The notes beneath the pieces were generated by a model. It did no database searches, was not told where the DNA came from, and saw only the letters and a list, made by a program, of their open reading frames with translations. DNA of 64,000 nucleotides from the human T2T-CHM13v2.0 reference genome, Homo sapiens. Position numbers and translations under genes: made by a program. The stretch is taken from NCBI RefSeq assembly GCF_009914755.1, contig NC_060929.1, one strand, 5' to 3'. How positions within the stretch are numbered: the stretch's first letter is position 1; each line of letters begins with the position of its first letter. Shown here piece by piece: positions 39,313-56,089 of the stretch.

Positions 39313-40184
39313 TGGCTTTTTGTCACATAGCCGTGGTCCTCAGCATGAAAGCACACACACTCTGAGCTCCCTGCTCCTGCCTTCTGTGATCAATGTTTCT
39401 AAAGCCCGTGGGCAGCCAGAAATCAGAGTACAATAAATATGTGCAATGGAATGTGGAGGGAGAGTGCAATGAGGATGTTTTTTGGTCTCAATAACAATTT
39501 TTTCTTTGGTCTCACCTACAAAGTAGAAGGTCACTAATCCATGAATTGCAGATCAAAAGGAAACTTTGAGACCATGTGGTGAATCAAGCATTCTCACCCT
39601 ATTTCACAGACGAGGAGACTGAGTCTCAGAGGAGAAGGGGACTTGCCTAAGATTATACAGCAAGTGAGAACTGGCCCTAGAAAGCAATTTTTAGATCAAA
39701 AACAACAGCCTAAATTCCTGGACGTATAACACATGCCTACAAATCAATAAGAAAGAACCAGTCGAAAAACGGGGTAAGGATTTCAGAGAAAATACAAACA
39801 TCATTTAAACATCAGAAAAGATGCTCAACTCCGGGCATAATAGACACACACGTTAAAATTATACTGACACATCTGCTTCTAGCTATGATGGACTAGCCTG
39901 CATCAGACCAATCACCCTGCTGGGAGCAATTCGGAAGGCTGGATGAAATACTACAGAAACAGCTGTTTGAAGATACTGGAGAGGCACCAAGGGTCCCAGA
40001 TCCCAGATCCCAGAGAGGAGGGAAGCTCACAGAGGGGAGCCTGCTGTTCGGCAGAGCTCTGTCCCCTGCAGTGTTTGCCACTTCTGAGCAGTGCCTGAGA
40101 GGCTGAGAAGCACGTTAGCCATCTCATGGGGCTGGGGAGACAAAAACTGGAATCCAGGGCCTCTTGAGAAATAAGGACCCTATC

Positions 40185-40682
40185 TATATCCCCATATTCA
40201 GAACAGCACGACAAAATAGCTTAAAGGCAGAAGCAACTCAAGCGCCCATCGACAGATGAAAAAGGATAAACAAAATGTGGCATATACACTCAAGGGAACA
40301 TTACTCAGCTTTAAAAAGGAAGGAAGTTCTGACACACGGTACGATGTGGATGAACCTAGACAACGTTACGCTAAGTGAAGTCAGCCAGTTGCATGAAGAC
40401 AAATACTGCATGATTCCACTTACGTGAGATATTCAGAGTAATCACCTTCATAGAGACAGAAAGTGGAATGGTAGTTGCCAGGGGCTTGAAGGAGGTGGAA
40501 TTAGGAGTTAGTGTTTAATAGATGTGGCGTTTCACTTGGGGATGATGGAAAGAGTTCTGGAGATGGATGGTGCTGATGGCTGCACAACAATGGGAAGGTA
40601 CTTAATGCACTGACATACACACTTAAACAGGGTTAAGATGGTAAATCTTATGTTCTGTGTATTTCAGAACAATTTTTCTAAA
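40185..40682 (+). mobile_element. L1MB 3' end nested in an older L1 5' region
   Basis: ggataaacaaaatgtgg...atagagacagaaagtggaatggtagttgccagggg...gttctggagatggatggtg. Confidence 0.85.
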
Positions 40683-42279
40683 AGCAAGAACGTTGGTAAA
40701 TAGCCTAGGCTTTCATCCGGGATCCCAAAGCACTATACCCTAGAAGTAAGTTAGCCAGAACGAAACCGGCCCTTTCAGGGACTGCAGGCCTGTTTCAAAT
40801 CATCTTAATTCCTGGTTGGATAAATGCAATTTAAGATTGATGCTGCCCCTGGCTTAGCAGAAGTTAAAGTAAATCCTCCCTGGAGGAGGATAACAGCATC
40901 CAGAGCCTCAAATTACCTTTTCCATGTTCATTTATTATGTCTGATATTCAGTGAAAAACAGAAATGCAGAAATACAAGAACGGGATGAAAACCAAGAGAA
41001 AAATAACACATTACAAACATATCCACGTGGTCTCAGATATTCGAGGTACCATAGTTGGCCTTTGAAATAACTGTAATTAGTATATTCAAGAAGCTAGATA
41101 ACAAGAACGGGAATTTCAGCAGAGAACTAGAAACTATTAGAAAAAAGAATCAAATGGAAATTCTAAAAATAAAAAAGGGGGTGATAAATTTGACAGAAGA
41201 TGTGTAAGATCTGCACATATAAAACTCAAAACATTGCTGAGAGAAATTAAAGGAAATATAAATACAGAAATACATTGCGTTCATGGATTGGAAGATTCAA
41301 TGTGGTTAAGATGTTGATTCTCCCAAACTCATCTATAAAAACAATTTTTTTTTTTTTGGTGGAGATTGACAAGCTCATTCTAAAATCTCTATGGAATGAT
41401 CTAGAATAACCAAACATTTTGAAAAAGAAGAATAAGATGGGGAATTTACACTACCTTATTTCGAGACATTATTAAAGCTACAATAGTCAAGACAGTGTGG
41501 TATTGGTATAAAGATAGACATCTAGATCAATGGAACAGAAGAATGATTCAAGAAATAGACCACAGCTGTTGATTTTTGAAAAAGATACCAAGGCAATTAA
41601 TGAATAAAGGATATTCTTTTCAACAACTGATGCTAGAACACTTGGATAAACATATGTAAAAAGATAAAAATAAAATTTAAAAGAAACCTTGACCTTATCT
41701 CACACCGTATACAAACTGAAATGGTCTATGATCCTTGAAATTAGGGTCTATGATCCTCATAAAGTAGGCCTAAAAAATTAGATGTATGGTCCTTGAAATG
41801 GATCATAGACCAAAATGTAAAAGCAAAGCTATAAAACTTCTAGAAGAAAATCTTAGCAATCTTGGGTTTGGTAAAGTTTTCTTAAATATGACAAAAACAA
41901 TGACATATACAAGAAAAATAATAAAATGGACTTCACTAAGCTTAAAATATTTAGTCTTTAAAAGACACTATTCTGTTTGGCAGTTTCTTAAATATATACT
42001 TGCCATATGACTTAGCAATTCTTCTAGAAGAAAAGATGTGTTCACACAAAGACTTGCATGTGATTGCTAATGACAACTTTAATTATAATAGGCAAAAACT
42101 GGAAACAATTCAAATGTCCATCAAATGGTAAATTCATAAGCAAAGTATGGTATATTCACATAATGGAATACTACTCAGCAATGAAATGAGTTATTGATAG
42201 ATGCAACAAGATATAGATGAATCTCAAAAACATTATGCTAAGTGAGAGAAGCCAGACACAAAAGGATATATGTGTATAT

Positions 42280-42552
42280 ATTTTTAGAGACAAGGTCTCA
42301 CTCTGTTGCCCAGGCTGAAGTGCAGTAGCTCACGATAACCTTGAACACCTGTGCTTAAGTGATCCTCCCACCTCGGCTTCCCGAATAGCTGGGACTACAG
42401 GCGTCCTCCACCATGCCTGGCTAGTTTTTCAAATTTTTTGTAAAGACAAAGTCTCACTATGTTGCCCAGGCCCAAACTCCTGCCTCAAGCGATCCTCTTG
42501 CCTTGGCCTCCTGAGTCACTGGGATTACAGGTGTGAGCCACCACACCCAGTC
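42280..42552 (-). mobile_element. Alu (AluJ-like)
   Basis: Antisense Alu in a TA/CATA-rich site. Confidence 0.93.
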
Positions 42553-43818
42553 TGTATGTTTATATACATACATACATACATACGTATATATATATATGAA
42601 ATTTCTAGAAAAGGCAAAACTATATATCTAATAAGCATATCAGTGAGTGTCTGAGGCCCATGATGAGAGTGAGGCATGACTATAAACAGGCACAGGGGAA
42701 CTTTTGGGGGTAGGGAAAGTGTTCTAAAATGGTATTGTGGTGATAGGTGAACAATCAAATTATTTACTAAAAATCATTGACCTGCACACTTACAATGGAC
42801 GAATTGTATAATGTGTAAATTAGACTTTAGTAAAGCTGTTAAAAGTGGGAGGAAAAGACAGTGATAAAAAATTAAAAGGCCAACCGCAAACCTGGGGAAA
42901 GTATTTGCAAAATATATATCTGACAAAGGACTTGTATCTAGAATAGATTGAAAACTATTACAGCTCAATAAGAAGACGATAAACAACCCAATTTGTTAAA
43001 TGGGCAAAATATTTGTTCAGACATTTCACCATAGAAGTTAAATGGTTGTCAAACAAATGCAGGAAAGGACACCCAACAACATTCATCATCAGGGAAATGC
43101 CAATGAAAAAACCACAATGAGATTCTACCATCCAGCCACTAGAATGACTAATGTTAAAAACATTGATCACACCAAGTGTTGGTGAGGATGTGAAGCAACT
43201 AGAACTCTGACACAAAGATTCATCCATGAATGTTCATAATAATGTCATTGTTAGAGCCAACATCTGTAAAAATCCAGAGGCTCAACATCATCAGACAGTG
43301 ATAAATGAATTGTAGCATGCCATGCAATAGAATACGACTCAGCAATAAAAAGGAAGGAACTGTTGATATAACAGCATGGGTGATGCATATTGATGCAACA
43401 TATGGGTGAATCTCAAAATAATTATGCTGAGTTAAAAACAAGCCAGACCAAAAATAAATACCTACTGTATGATTCCATTTATATAAAATTCTAGAGAATG
43501 CAAATGAATGTATAGTGATAAAAAGTAGATCAGTTGTTGACTAGGGAGAGAGGACAGGGAGGGACAGATTAAGGACATGAGGAAACTTATTCATTATAGC
43601 AATGGTTTCACAGGTGAATGCATATGTCAAATCTGATCAAGGTGCATACTTTAAATATGTGCAGTTTTTGTCCCTCAATTATGATTTAATAAAACTGTTT
43701 AAAATGGGAAACATAATGTTAAACACAATAACTAAAAGTAAGAACTAAATAATGGGTTAAGAAACCACTGAAGTCACCTTGTAAGATCGATCAGAAAGAA
43801 ATATCTTACATTGCATCA

Positions 43819-44205
<387 letters not shown>

Positions 44206-44365
44206 TAAGAACTATATGAGTCATGGTGAAAGGGCTAATATGACATGTAACTGGAATCCAGGAAGGGAAGGAAAGAGAAGACAGAAGAGGAAGAAAAGGC
44301 ATAAATAATATTGGAAAAGACAATGGCTAAGAATTTTCTTAAAAGCATATATAAGATAACATGCA

Positions 44366-44712
<347 letters not shown>

Positions 44713-46206
44713 CTAGAAAACCACACCTAGACATACCAATTTAACACTACTGAAAATCAAGGACAAAGGGAAAATCTTAAAAGCAGCCAGAGATAAAATG
44801 CCAATTGCTTCCAAACGACAGCAATAAGACTGATAATTGATTTCTCAACAGAAGTAATGAGATCAAGAAGACATTGGACTGATAACTTGAAAACACTGGA
44901 AGAAAAGAACTTCCAACCTCAAATTCTACTGAAAATAGTCTTCAAATAATAAAGAGATATTTTCAGCTATCAAAAACTGAGATCATTTATTACTAACAGA
45001 TGCATACTGAAGCCAGTACTAGCAGGGGTTTTTCAGGCAGAAAGAAAATGACCTCAGGTGGAAACATCAAGTTGCAAGAAGGAAAGACAAATAACAGAAA
45101 ATGTTAATATAAGGGTAAATGAAATTATTATTGACTATATAAGACAATAAAAATGTATTTTAGGGTTTAAAATCAAATGAAAATACAAAATGACAACAGC
45201 ATAAAAGGTGGGAGAGGAGTAAATAGAATTTAGTGTTATAAGGTTCTTATGACTCTGGGAGGGGATAAAATTATTAATTTACATTCAACTTGATTAAGTC
45301 AAAGATGAAATTTTAGACTAATTGTCAAAGCTAATAAGCTAATAGGCAAAGAAAATGGAATAAAATAAGTATTTGATTGATACAAAAGAAGGCAAGGGAC
45401 AGATGGGACAAATAGAAAACCAATCATAAGGTGGTAGATTTAGATGCAAATGTAGAAGTAATTACACTAAATGTAAATGAACTGAGTATTCCAATTAGAG
45501 GACAGATATTGTTAGATTTGATTTTTTAAATTCTATATGTTATTTGCAGGAAATAAGCTTCCAATATAAAAAGGTGAACATAAAAAAAAATTTACAAAGA
45601 AACTACTAAAAACAGCAAAAAGTTGAGGTTGTTACATTATTATCAGATAAAGGGGGCTTCAAAGCAGAATATTTAGTTAGATATAATGAGAGACATTTCT
45701 TAATAATAAAGGTTAAATCCACTAGGAAAATAGAATAATTCTTTATATATTTTATATTTCTAATTACATAACCTCAACATATATAAATAACTGAATAGAA
45801 CTAAATGGAGAAATAGAGGAATTCACAATCATCATCCAGGGATTTTAATATAGCCGTCTCAATAATGTTTAGGACAGACCAAAAAATCAGTGAGGATATA
45901 GAATATTTGAATAATATATATAACAAATTTGACCTAACTAACATATACAATACACTGAGCTCCACAACTTCTGATATACATTTTGTGTGAGTGTGTGCAC
46001 ATGGAACATTTATCAAAATGAACCATATCTTGGCCTTAAAGTAAGTCTCAACAAATTTCATAAGATTGAAATTCTTGACCATAGGAGTTAGGCTAAAAAA
46101 CAATTTTTAAAAAACTTTTTAAAACCCAAATGTCTGGAAATTATAAAGTATCCTTCTAAATAGCCTCAGCTCAACATTAAAATAATCATGAAAATTGGAA
46201 AGCATT

Positions 46207-46731
46207 CCTCAAAGAGCTAAAAGCAGAGCTACCATTTGACCAGCAATCTTATTACTGGGTACACACATTGCAGCACTGTTCACAATAGTAAAGACATAGA
46301 ATCAACATAAATGCCCATCAATGACAGATTGGATAAAGAAAATGTGGTACACATACACCATGGAATATTATGCAGCCATAAAAAAGAACAAGATCAGATC
46401 TTTTGCAGGAACATGGATGGAGCTGGAGGCTATCATCCTTAGCAAACTATACAGGAACAGAAAACCAAACACAGCATGTTCTCACTTATAAGTGGGAGCT
46501 AAATGATAAGAACTTATGAACACAAAGAAGGAAGCAACAGACACTGCAGTCTATTTGAGCAGGGAGGGTGGCAGGTGGAAGAGGAGCAGAAAAGATAACT
46601 ATTGGGTACTAAGCTTAATAGTGGGGTGATGTAACAGTATGTACAACAAGCCCCTGTGACACATGTTTATCTATGTAACAAACCTTCACATGTACCCCCA
46701 AACCTAAAATAACAATTAAAAGGAAAGAAAA
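46207..46731 (+). mobile_element. 5'-truncated primate L1PA (L1PA13-like) with 17-bp TSD
   Basis: ataaagaaaatgtgg...catgttctcacttataagtgggagcta...gaggagcagaaaagataactattgggtac; TSD gaaaattggaaagcatt (46190) / gaaaattagaaagcatt (46732). Confidence 0.9.
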
Positions 46732-47013
46732 GAAAATTAGAAAGCATTTTAAGCAGAATGATAATGAAAACACAAGATATTAAAACCTGTGTAGGTACAG
46801 CTACAGTCATGCTTAGAGGTAGCATTTAAAAAGGAAGAAGACTGAAAATAAATAAGATGTAAAAAGAACAGCATATTTATCCTTTAAAGAAACTTAGAAG
46901 AAAAAAATAAGAGCAGAAATTAATAAAACAGGAAAGAAACAACAGAGAGGATCAGTTAAGTCAAATGTTTTCTTAAAGAGGAATAAAAGTGATAACACCT
47001 AGAAGACTGATTA

Positions 47014-47327
47014 TTTTTTTCTTTTTCTTTCTTTCGACTTTTTTTTTCTTTCTTTTTTTAGACAGGGTCTCTTGCAAAGACTCCAGGCTGGAGTGCAGTG
47101 GCACAATCATAGTTTACTGTAACCTTGACCTCCTGGGCTCAAGTAGCCCCCCTGCATAGCTGGGACTACAGGCCCACACCACTGCATGTGGCTAATTTTA
47201 AAATTTTTTATAGAGACAAGGTCTCGCTGTGTTGCCCAGTTTGGTCTCGAACTTCTGGCCTCAGGCAGTCTTCCTGCCTCAGCCTCCTAAATTGTTGGGA
47301 TAACAGATGTGAGCCACCATGCCTGGC
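47014..47327 (-). mobile_element. Alu (AluJ-like)
   Basis: Antisense Alu; TSD aagactgatt / aagaccgatt. Confidence 0.93.
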
Positions 47328-48498
47328 AAGACCGATTTTTAAGAGACAGCAAGATAAGGCACAACTAGCTAATATCAGAAATGAAAAGAGGAACATCATT
47401 AGAGATCCTACATATATTAAAAATAAGAGGATATTATGATTAACTGTATGCTAGAAAATTTGAAATTTTAGATAAAATAGAAGAATTGCTAAACACAACT
47501 TACCAAAACTGATAGAAGAAACAGAAAATCTGAAAATTCTTCTATCCATTAAATAAATTATATTTGTAGCTAAAACCCTTCCCACAAAGAAAACCCCTGC
47601 GCCAGTATGTCTTCATTGAATAATTCTTCCAAACATATAAGGAAGAAATATCACCAACCTTACATATAGTTCACCAGAGAATAGAAGAAAAGAAATAATT
47701 TCCAATTATTTTATATAAAGCCAGCATAGCCTTCATATTAAAACTTGATTATGAAAAGCATAAGAAAAGAAAATCTCTCTTATGAACACAGCAATCTCTT
47801 TCACAGACATATACTCCTGAATAAATTATTAGTGAACTGAATCCAGAAACACAGAACAATGCATCACCACCAACTTGAGTTTATTCAAGGAATGCAAGGC
47901 TGGCTTTAAAAAAAAAAGAAGGGTGTAATTTCCCACACTAACAGAATAAAGGCTAAAATTGTGTAATCATTTCAACAAATGCAGAAAAAGCAATTGATAA
48001 AAATCAACACCTATTTACAATTTTAAAAAGCTCTTAGCAAACTAGGAATCGACAGAAACGTATTTAATATGACAAAGGTTATGTATAAGACATGTATAGC
48101 ATATATCATGTTTAATGATGGATATTAAAAGTTTTCTGCCTGCAATTATGGATGAGACGAGGTTGTCTACTTTCTCTGCTTCTTTTAAATTCTTACCCAC
48201 TGTACTGGAGGTCCTGGTCAGTGCAATAAGGCAAGTAAACAAAATGGAAAGGAAAAAATAAATCTGTCATTATTCATAGATAACATGATTATGTATTCAG
48301 AAAATCCACAGGAAAATATCAGAATAAAACTTCTATGCTGAAATCTACTAAACATTATTGAGAGAAATTAAATTAAAGAAGACCTAAGTAAATGGAGGGA
48401 TACAATGTTTGTAGCGTGAAAGACTCATTATTATAAAGATGTCGATTCCCCCAGAATTGACCTGCAGATTCCATGAAATCTCAATAAAAATCAACAGG

Positions 48499-48520
48499 GT
48501 GTGTGTGTGTGTGTGTGTGT
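48499..48520. repeat. (GT)n microsatellite within L1
   Basis: About 11 GT units. Confidence 0.9.
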
Positions 48521-48782
48521 AAATTGACAGGCTAATTTTAAACTTTATATAGAAACATAAAGCGTGGAAAATAGTCAAAACAATCTTGAAGACAAAACGA
48601 AGTGGGAGGACTTATACTATCAGATATCAAAACAGTATAAAACTACAATCATTAAAAAAAGTATAATATTGGCATAAGGGTAGACGATGGGCCAGAATAA
48701 AGTCCAGAAACAGATACACACATACAGGTGAGGATTTGAGTTTTTTACAAAGTTGATATGACAGAGTGGTGGGAAAGTTTGA

Positions 48783-49109
<327 letters not shown>

Positions 49110-49354
49110 AATAATAAAGATCTTCAATAAATGGTGCAGGGTCAGCTAGATATTCACATGGACAAAATCATTCTTAGCTCTTATTTTATACTATATGAAA
49201 AGTAAAATAATAAAGCTCCTAGAAAATAACATTGGAGAATATCTTTGTGAAATTGGTCAGGGCAAAGGCTTATTATATAGGATATAATGGCACTAGCATC
49301 AAGAAAAGTATTGATAAATTGGACTGCATTAAAATCAAGTACTTCTATCCATCA

Positions 49355-49924
<570 letters not shown>

Positions 49925-50050
49925 CGCTTACAAAAGACCTTTATCCAGTACATACAAAGAACTCCAACAAATCAATAAGTAAAGGAAGACTCAACAGAGA
50001 ACTCAGTAAAAGATTTGAACAGGCATTTCATAAGAAAGACTCTCTACACA

Positions 50051-50244
50051 CATATGAAAGGCCACTAACCTTTAGTCATCTGGGAAATGCAAATTAAAAC
50101 CACCTTGAGATAACTACTCCGAAAGTTAAAAAGACTGGCATTTTCACATATGAAAGGGCGCTAACCTTCTTTAGTCATCTGGGAAATGCAAATTAAAACC
50201 ATTTGAGATAACTACTCCAAAAGTTAAAAAGACTGTCATTTTCA
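50051..50244. repeat. ~96-bp tandem duplication inside L1
   Basis: catatgaaagg...gggaaatgcaaattaaaacc...aaagttaaaaagactg.cattttca twice (starts 50051 and 50147). Confidence 0.95.
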
Positions 50245-51575
50245 AGTGTTCATGAGGATATAGATCTCGTGGAATTCTTATCACAGCAAAATTGTAAATC
50301 AAAAAACTACTTTGGAAAACTGTGTAGCATTATCTACTAAAGCAGAACATATGCATGTCCTATGGTCCAGCAATTCTACTTCTAGATGTTTCCCCAACAG
50401 TCATGAGTATATATTGGACCAAAAGACAAGTACAAGAAGGTTTACTGCATCACTATTTGCTCCAAACAGGAAACAACCCAAATGACCATCAATAGTAGGA
50501 TGGATAAATAAATTGCAGCATAGTCCTTTAGTGGAATACTATGCGCCAATGAAAATGAATGAACTGCAACTACACAACAAGAATGAATCTCACAGATGTT
50601 ACGTTGAATGAAAGATGCCTGGCACAAGGGTATGGGCTGTATGACTCCACTTATATAAAAGGCAAATGAGGCAAAACTAATCTATGGTGATAGGAGTCAG
50701 GTTGAATGTTACCTTGGGGAGGGAAGATAGTGACTGGAAGGGGGTGAGGAGGCTTCTGGACTCTCAGATAATGTTCTATATCGTGATCATGGTACTGTCT
50801 ACCATATAAGTTCACTTTGTGAAAATTTATCAAAGTGTACACTTATTATTTGTGCCGTTTTCTGTAAGTATGTGAGACTTAGATAAAAAACTTTGTTCAT
50901 AAAAAAATTATGCCAAGACACCAAAAACTGGCAAAGATTCAAGAGCTGGATGGCGCTGTGTGCTGGGGTGGGTGAACAGGTGCTGTCACACATTGCAAGC
51001 ACACAACCCCTGCAGAGGGAGATTTGACAATCTACCAAGTTACAAATGCACATATCTTAAAAAACAAAAAAAAGTAATAGACTATTTTTTGAGAGCAGTT
51101 TTAGGTTCATGGCAAAAGTGAGCATCAAGTACAGAGAATCCCCACATGCCCCTCCCCCTAGCCTCCCCCAACACTACACATCCCCACCATGCACCTGTCC
51201 GTGAATCAGCGCTGACTCATCACTATCAACTAAAGCCCATCGTTTACATTAGGGCTCACTCTTTGAGTTGTAGAGTCTATGTTTTTTTTTTAATTAATAA
51301 ACCTTTATTTAGAGCAGTTTTACGTTCACAGCAAAATGGAGCAGAAAGTACAGAGAGCTCCCATAGAGCGCCCTCTGGCCTGCCTCATCCGGTGACCACA
51401 CAGCCTCCCCGACTACCAACATCCTGCATCAGGTGGTACATTTGCTGCAATCGATGGACCTCTGTTAACACATCGTTATCACCCAAAGTCCATAGTTTCT
51501 GTGAGAGCTCACTCTTGATGTTCTCCATTCTATGGGTTTGGACAAGTATAGAAGGACACATGTCTGCTACTATAG

Positions 51576-51991
<416 letters not shown>

Positions 51992-54288
51992 TAATTGTGG
52001 TAAAATTAAAAGATTTTAATTTTTAAAGTTTTAAATTTAAAGTCTTAATACAATTTACATCTTCACCGTTTTTAAGTGTATCATTCAATGGCATTCAGGG
52101 CATTCACACTGTCGTGCAATCATTATCACCATCCATTTCTAGAACTCTTCATCTGGCAAGTCTGAAACTCTATACCCATTAAATAACAACTTCCATTATA
52201 CCTTCCCCCCAGCCCCTGGCAACCATGATTCTACTGTCTCTGTGAGTTGGACTGAGTTGGACTGCTCTAGATAACTCATGTAAGTGGAATCATACAGTAT
52301 TTGTCCTTTTGTGCCTGACTTATTTCACTCACAAATTATCCTCAAGATTCATCCATATTGTTGCACATGTCAGAATTTTATGGCTGAGTATTATTCCATG
52401 CATGTATAGACCACATTTGTGTCTATTGATGGACACTTGGGTTGCTTCCACTCTTTGGCTATTGTGAATAATACTGCTATGAACTCAAGTGTGCAAATAT
52501 CTCAAGTCCCTGCTTGAACATGAGTGTGCAAATATCTCAAGTCCCTGCTTTCATTACTTTTGGGCAAATACCCATATGGTAATTCTACTTGTAATTTTCT
52601 GAGGAATCACTATAATGTACTCCATAGCAGCTGCACCTTTTTACATTCCCACCAACAGTGCACAAGAGTTTCAATGTCTCCACATCCTCATCAACATTTG
52701 CTATTTTCTGAGGTTTTTTTAAAGCCTTATTTTCTAAAAAGCAGTTTCAGGTTTACAACAAAATTGAGAGAAAGTTACAGAACTGTCCCATATACCCCCT
52801 GCCCATACACATGCACTGCCTCCCCCATTATCAACGTCCCCCACCAGACTGGTGCATTTGTTATAAATGATGAACCTACACATGGTAAAACACTGTAATC
52901 ACTAAAGTCCAGAGTTGACATTAGAGTTCACTCTTGGTGTTGTACATTCTGTGGGTTTGAATGAATGTATAATGCCATGTGTCCACCATTATAGTTTGAT
53001 ACAGAGTAGTTTCACTGTCCTAAAAGTCCTTTGCGCTCCACTCATTCATCCCTCCTTCCCCCCAACCCCTGGCAACCACTGATCATTTTATTGTCTCCAT
53101 AGCATTGAGTTTTCCCAAAGTCATCTGGTTGGAACTCAGATTGGCTTCTTTCACTTAGCAGCAGACGTTCCAGATTCCTTCATGTTTTTTAGTGGCTTAA
53201 TAGCTCATTTCTTTCAGTGCTAAATAATATTCCCTTGTTTAGGTAATTTATCCATTCATTTACTGCAGGGTATCAATACACGGATGCTGCCGAGTCTTCA
53301 CAATTATGAATAAAATTGCTATACCATTAATGTTTAAAGTGGTTATTGACATAGTGGGATTAATATCTACCATATTTGCTAATCTTCTATTCATTGCCCT
53401 TGTTCTCTGTTTCTATTTTTGTCTTCTACTATTTTTCTGTCTTTTGTGGTTTCAATTGAGCATTTGATATGATTCTATAATCTCTCCTTTCTTAGCACAT
53501 CAATTATACTTAAAAAAATTTTTTTATTGGTTGCCCCAGAATTTGTGATATACACTTACAATGAATCCAAGTTCACTTTCAAATGACACTGTACTGATTC
53601 ATGGGTAGTGCAAGTAACTTTATAGTAACAAAATATTCCTAATTCCTCCATCCTTCACTTCTGTCATTCAGCAATTTACTTTGCTTATCTACAAGCTATG
53701 GTCACCAAATATGTTGTTACTACTATTATCTTAAACTTTTATTCGTTAGATCAATTAAGAATTAAAAACAAAAGTGTTTACCTTAACTTATTCCTTCTCT
53801 AACACTCTTTTTTCTTTACATAAATCTGAGTTTCTGACCCATATCATTCTTCCTCTCTCTGAAGAGCTTCTTTTAACATTTCTTGCAAAGCAGGTTTAAT
53901 AGTGATAAATGCCCTCAATTTTTGTTTGCCTGAGAAAGTCTACTTCTCCTTCACTTCTGAAGGATAACTTTGCTGAATACAGATTTGCAGGTTGGTAGGT
54001 TTTTTCTTTGAACACTTTACATATTTCACTCCACTCTCTTCTTGACTTCATAATTTCTGAAGACAAATCTGATGTAATTTTTATCCTTATCCTCTATAGG
54101 TAAGAGATTTTTCCCTCTGGCTTCTTTCAAGATTTTTTTCTTTGTTCCTGAATTTCTGCGATTTGAATATGATATGCCCAGATGTAACTATTTGGGCATT
54201 TATCCTGCTTGGTGTTCTCTGAGCTTCCTGGATGTGTGGTTTTGTGTCTGAGATTCACCTTGAGAAATTCTCAGTCATCATTATTGCT

Positions 54289-54705
54289 TCAGATATTTCT
54301 TCTGTTCTTCTCTCTTTCTTCTCTTTCTGGTATTCCCACTATGCATATGTTACCTCCTTTTGTAATTATCTTAAAAATTCTTGGATAGTTTGTTTCATTT
54401 TTTCCCGCAGTCTTTTTTTCTCTTTGCATTTGAATTTTGTAAGCTCCTACTGACATATCTTCAAGCTCATTAATTGTTTCTTTAGCTGTGTCCAGTCTAC
54501 TGATGAGCCCATCAAAGACAGTCTTCATTTCTGTTACAGTATTTTTCATTTCTAACACTTCTTTTTGATTCTTTCTCATAATTTCCATTTCTCTGCTTAC
54601 ATTACCCATCTGCTTTTGCATGTCTACTTTTTGCATTAGTGCCCTTAGCATATTAACCATGGTTATTTTAAATTCCTCATCTGATGATTCCAACATCCCT
54701 GCCAT
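54289..54705 (-). pseudogene. Decayed LINE-1 ORF1p coiled-coil fragment (not a host gene)
   Basis: Translation EFKITMVNML...REMEIMRKNQKEVLEMKNTVTEMK..FDGLISRLDTAKE.INELED...NICIVGIPE is the L1 ORF1p coiled-coil and RRM-start pattern. Confidence 0.88.
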
Positions 54706-55563
54706 GTCTGAATCTAGTCTGATGCTTGTTCTGTCTGTTCAAACTATGTTTCTGCCATCTAGCATGCCTTGTAATTTTTTGTTGAAAGCTGGACTTGATG
54801 TATTAAGTAAAAGGAACTGTGATAAGGTCTTTAGTGAGTAGTGGTATGGTGTGGAAGTTAGAGAAGGATTCTATAGCCCTATCATTAGGTCTCAGTCTTT
54901 TATCGAGCCTGTGCCCTTGGGTTGTGATCCTCACAATGCCTCTCAGTTATTCCCACCTTTCCCTCTTGGGTGGCACAAGAAGGATAGATTTGGCTGCAGT
55001 TGAGAATTTCCTTCCCCTCATGCCAAAAACTGGGGTAGGGGGCCTAGAGTTGGGTATTTTCCTTCCCCCAGGTCAGTTAAGCTCTGGTAAAATCGTTTCC
55101 TTTTAGGGCAGGGTTTGGTTAAGAACAGAATGCTCTGGCACATTTCAAAATGGCCGCTTTTCTCCCCCATCTGCTAAAAGCACACGGGGATTTTTTCTTC
55201 AATCTTCACTTTGAGAACCTGGCAGGGCTTCTGGAGGTAAAACTCACATAAGTGAGGTGGGGTAGGGTGACATCCCCTAGGACTCGACCCCGTGGAGTTT
55301 TTAACTCTCAAACTTGTCTACACGGAGCCTCCAGCAATCCATCAATTACAGTCTAGGCTTTCCTATCACAGAATTGTTCTACCAGAGGTTCTGCTCTGGT
55401 AAGTTGTGATTCTCTGTATCCATCTGTCAATTTTGGTGCAAGAGTTTGCCCTGTGACCTCAGATCTCTGAGGAATCCAAGAAACGTTGTTGATTTTCAGT
55501 TTGTTCAGCTTTTTTCTTGTGTGGATGACAGGGATGAGTTTCAAGCTCCTTACTGGAAGATAA

Positions 55564-55928
<365 letters not shown>

Positions 55929-56089
55929 GACATTTTCAAATATAGACAAGAGTAGAAAGAATTATATAATGAAGTCAAATGTAACCATCAGCATCAACTT
56001 TTACAAATATTCTATGGTTCTTCTTGTATCCATTCCCTCTCCCCTAGACACAGTTTTTATTTTTAACAAATGTAGTTTATTCTCTTTGA

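Noticed and set aside
54289-54705. Coiled-coil ORF as a domesticated L1TD1-like gene
   Set aside because: Only a fragment of ORF1p within a decayed L1 with interrupted flanks; no sign of preservation
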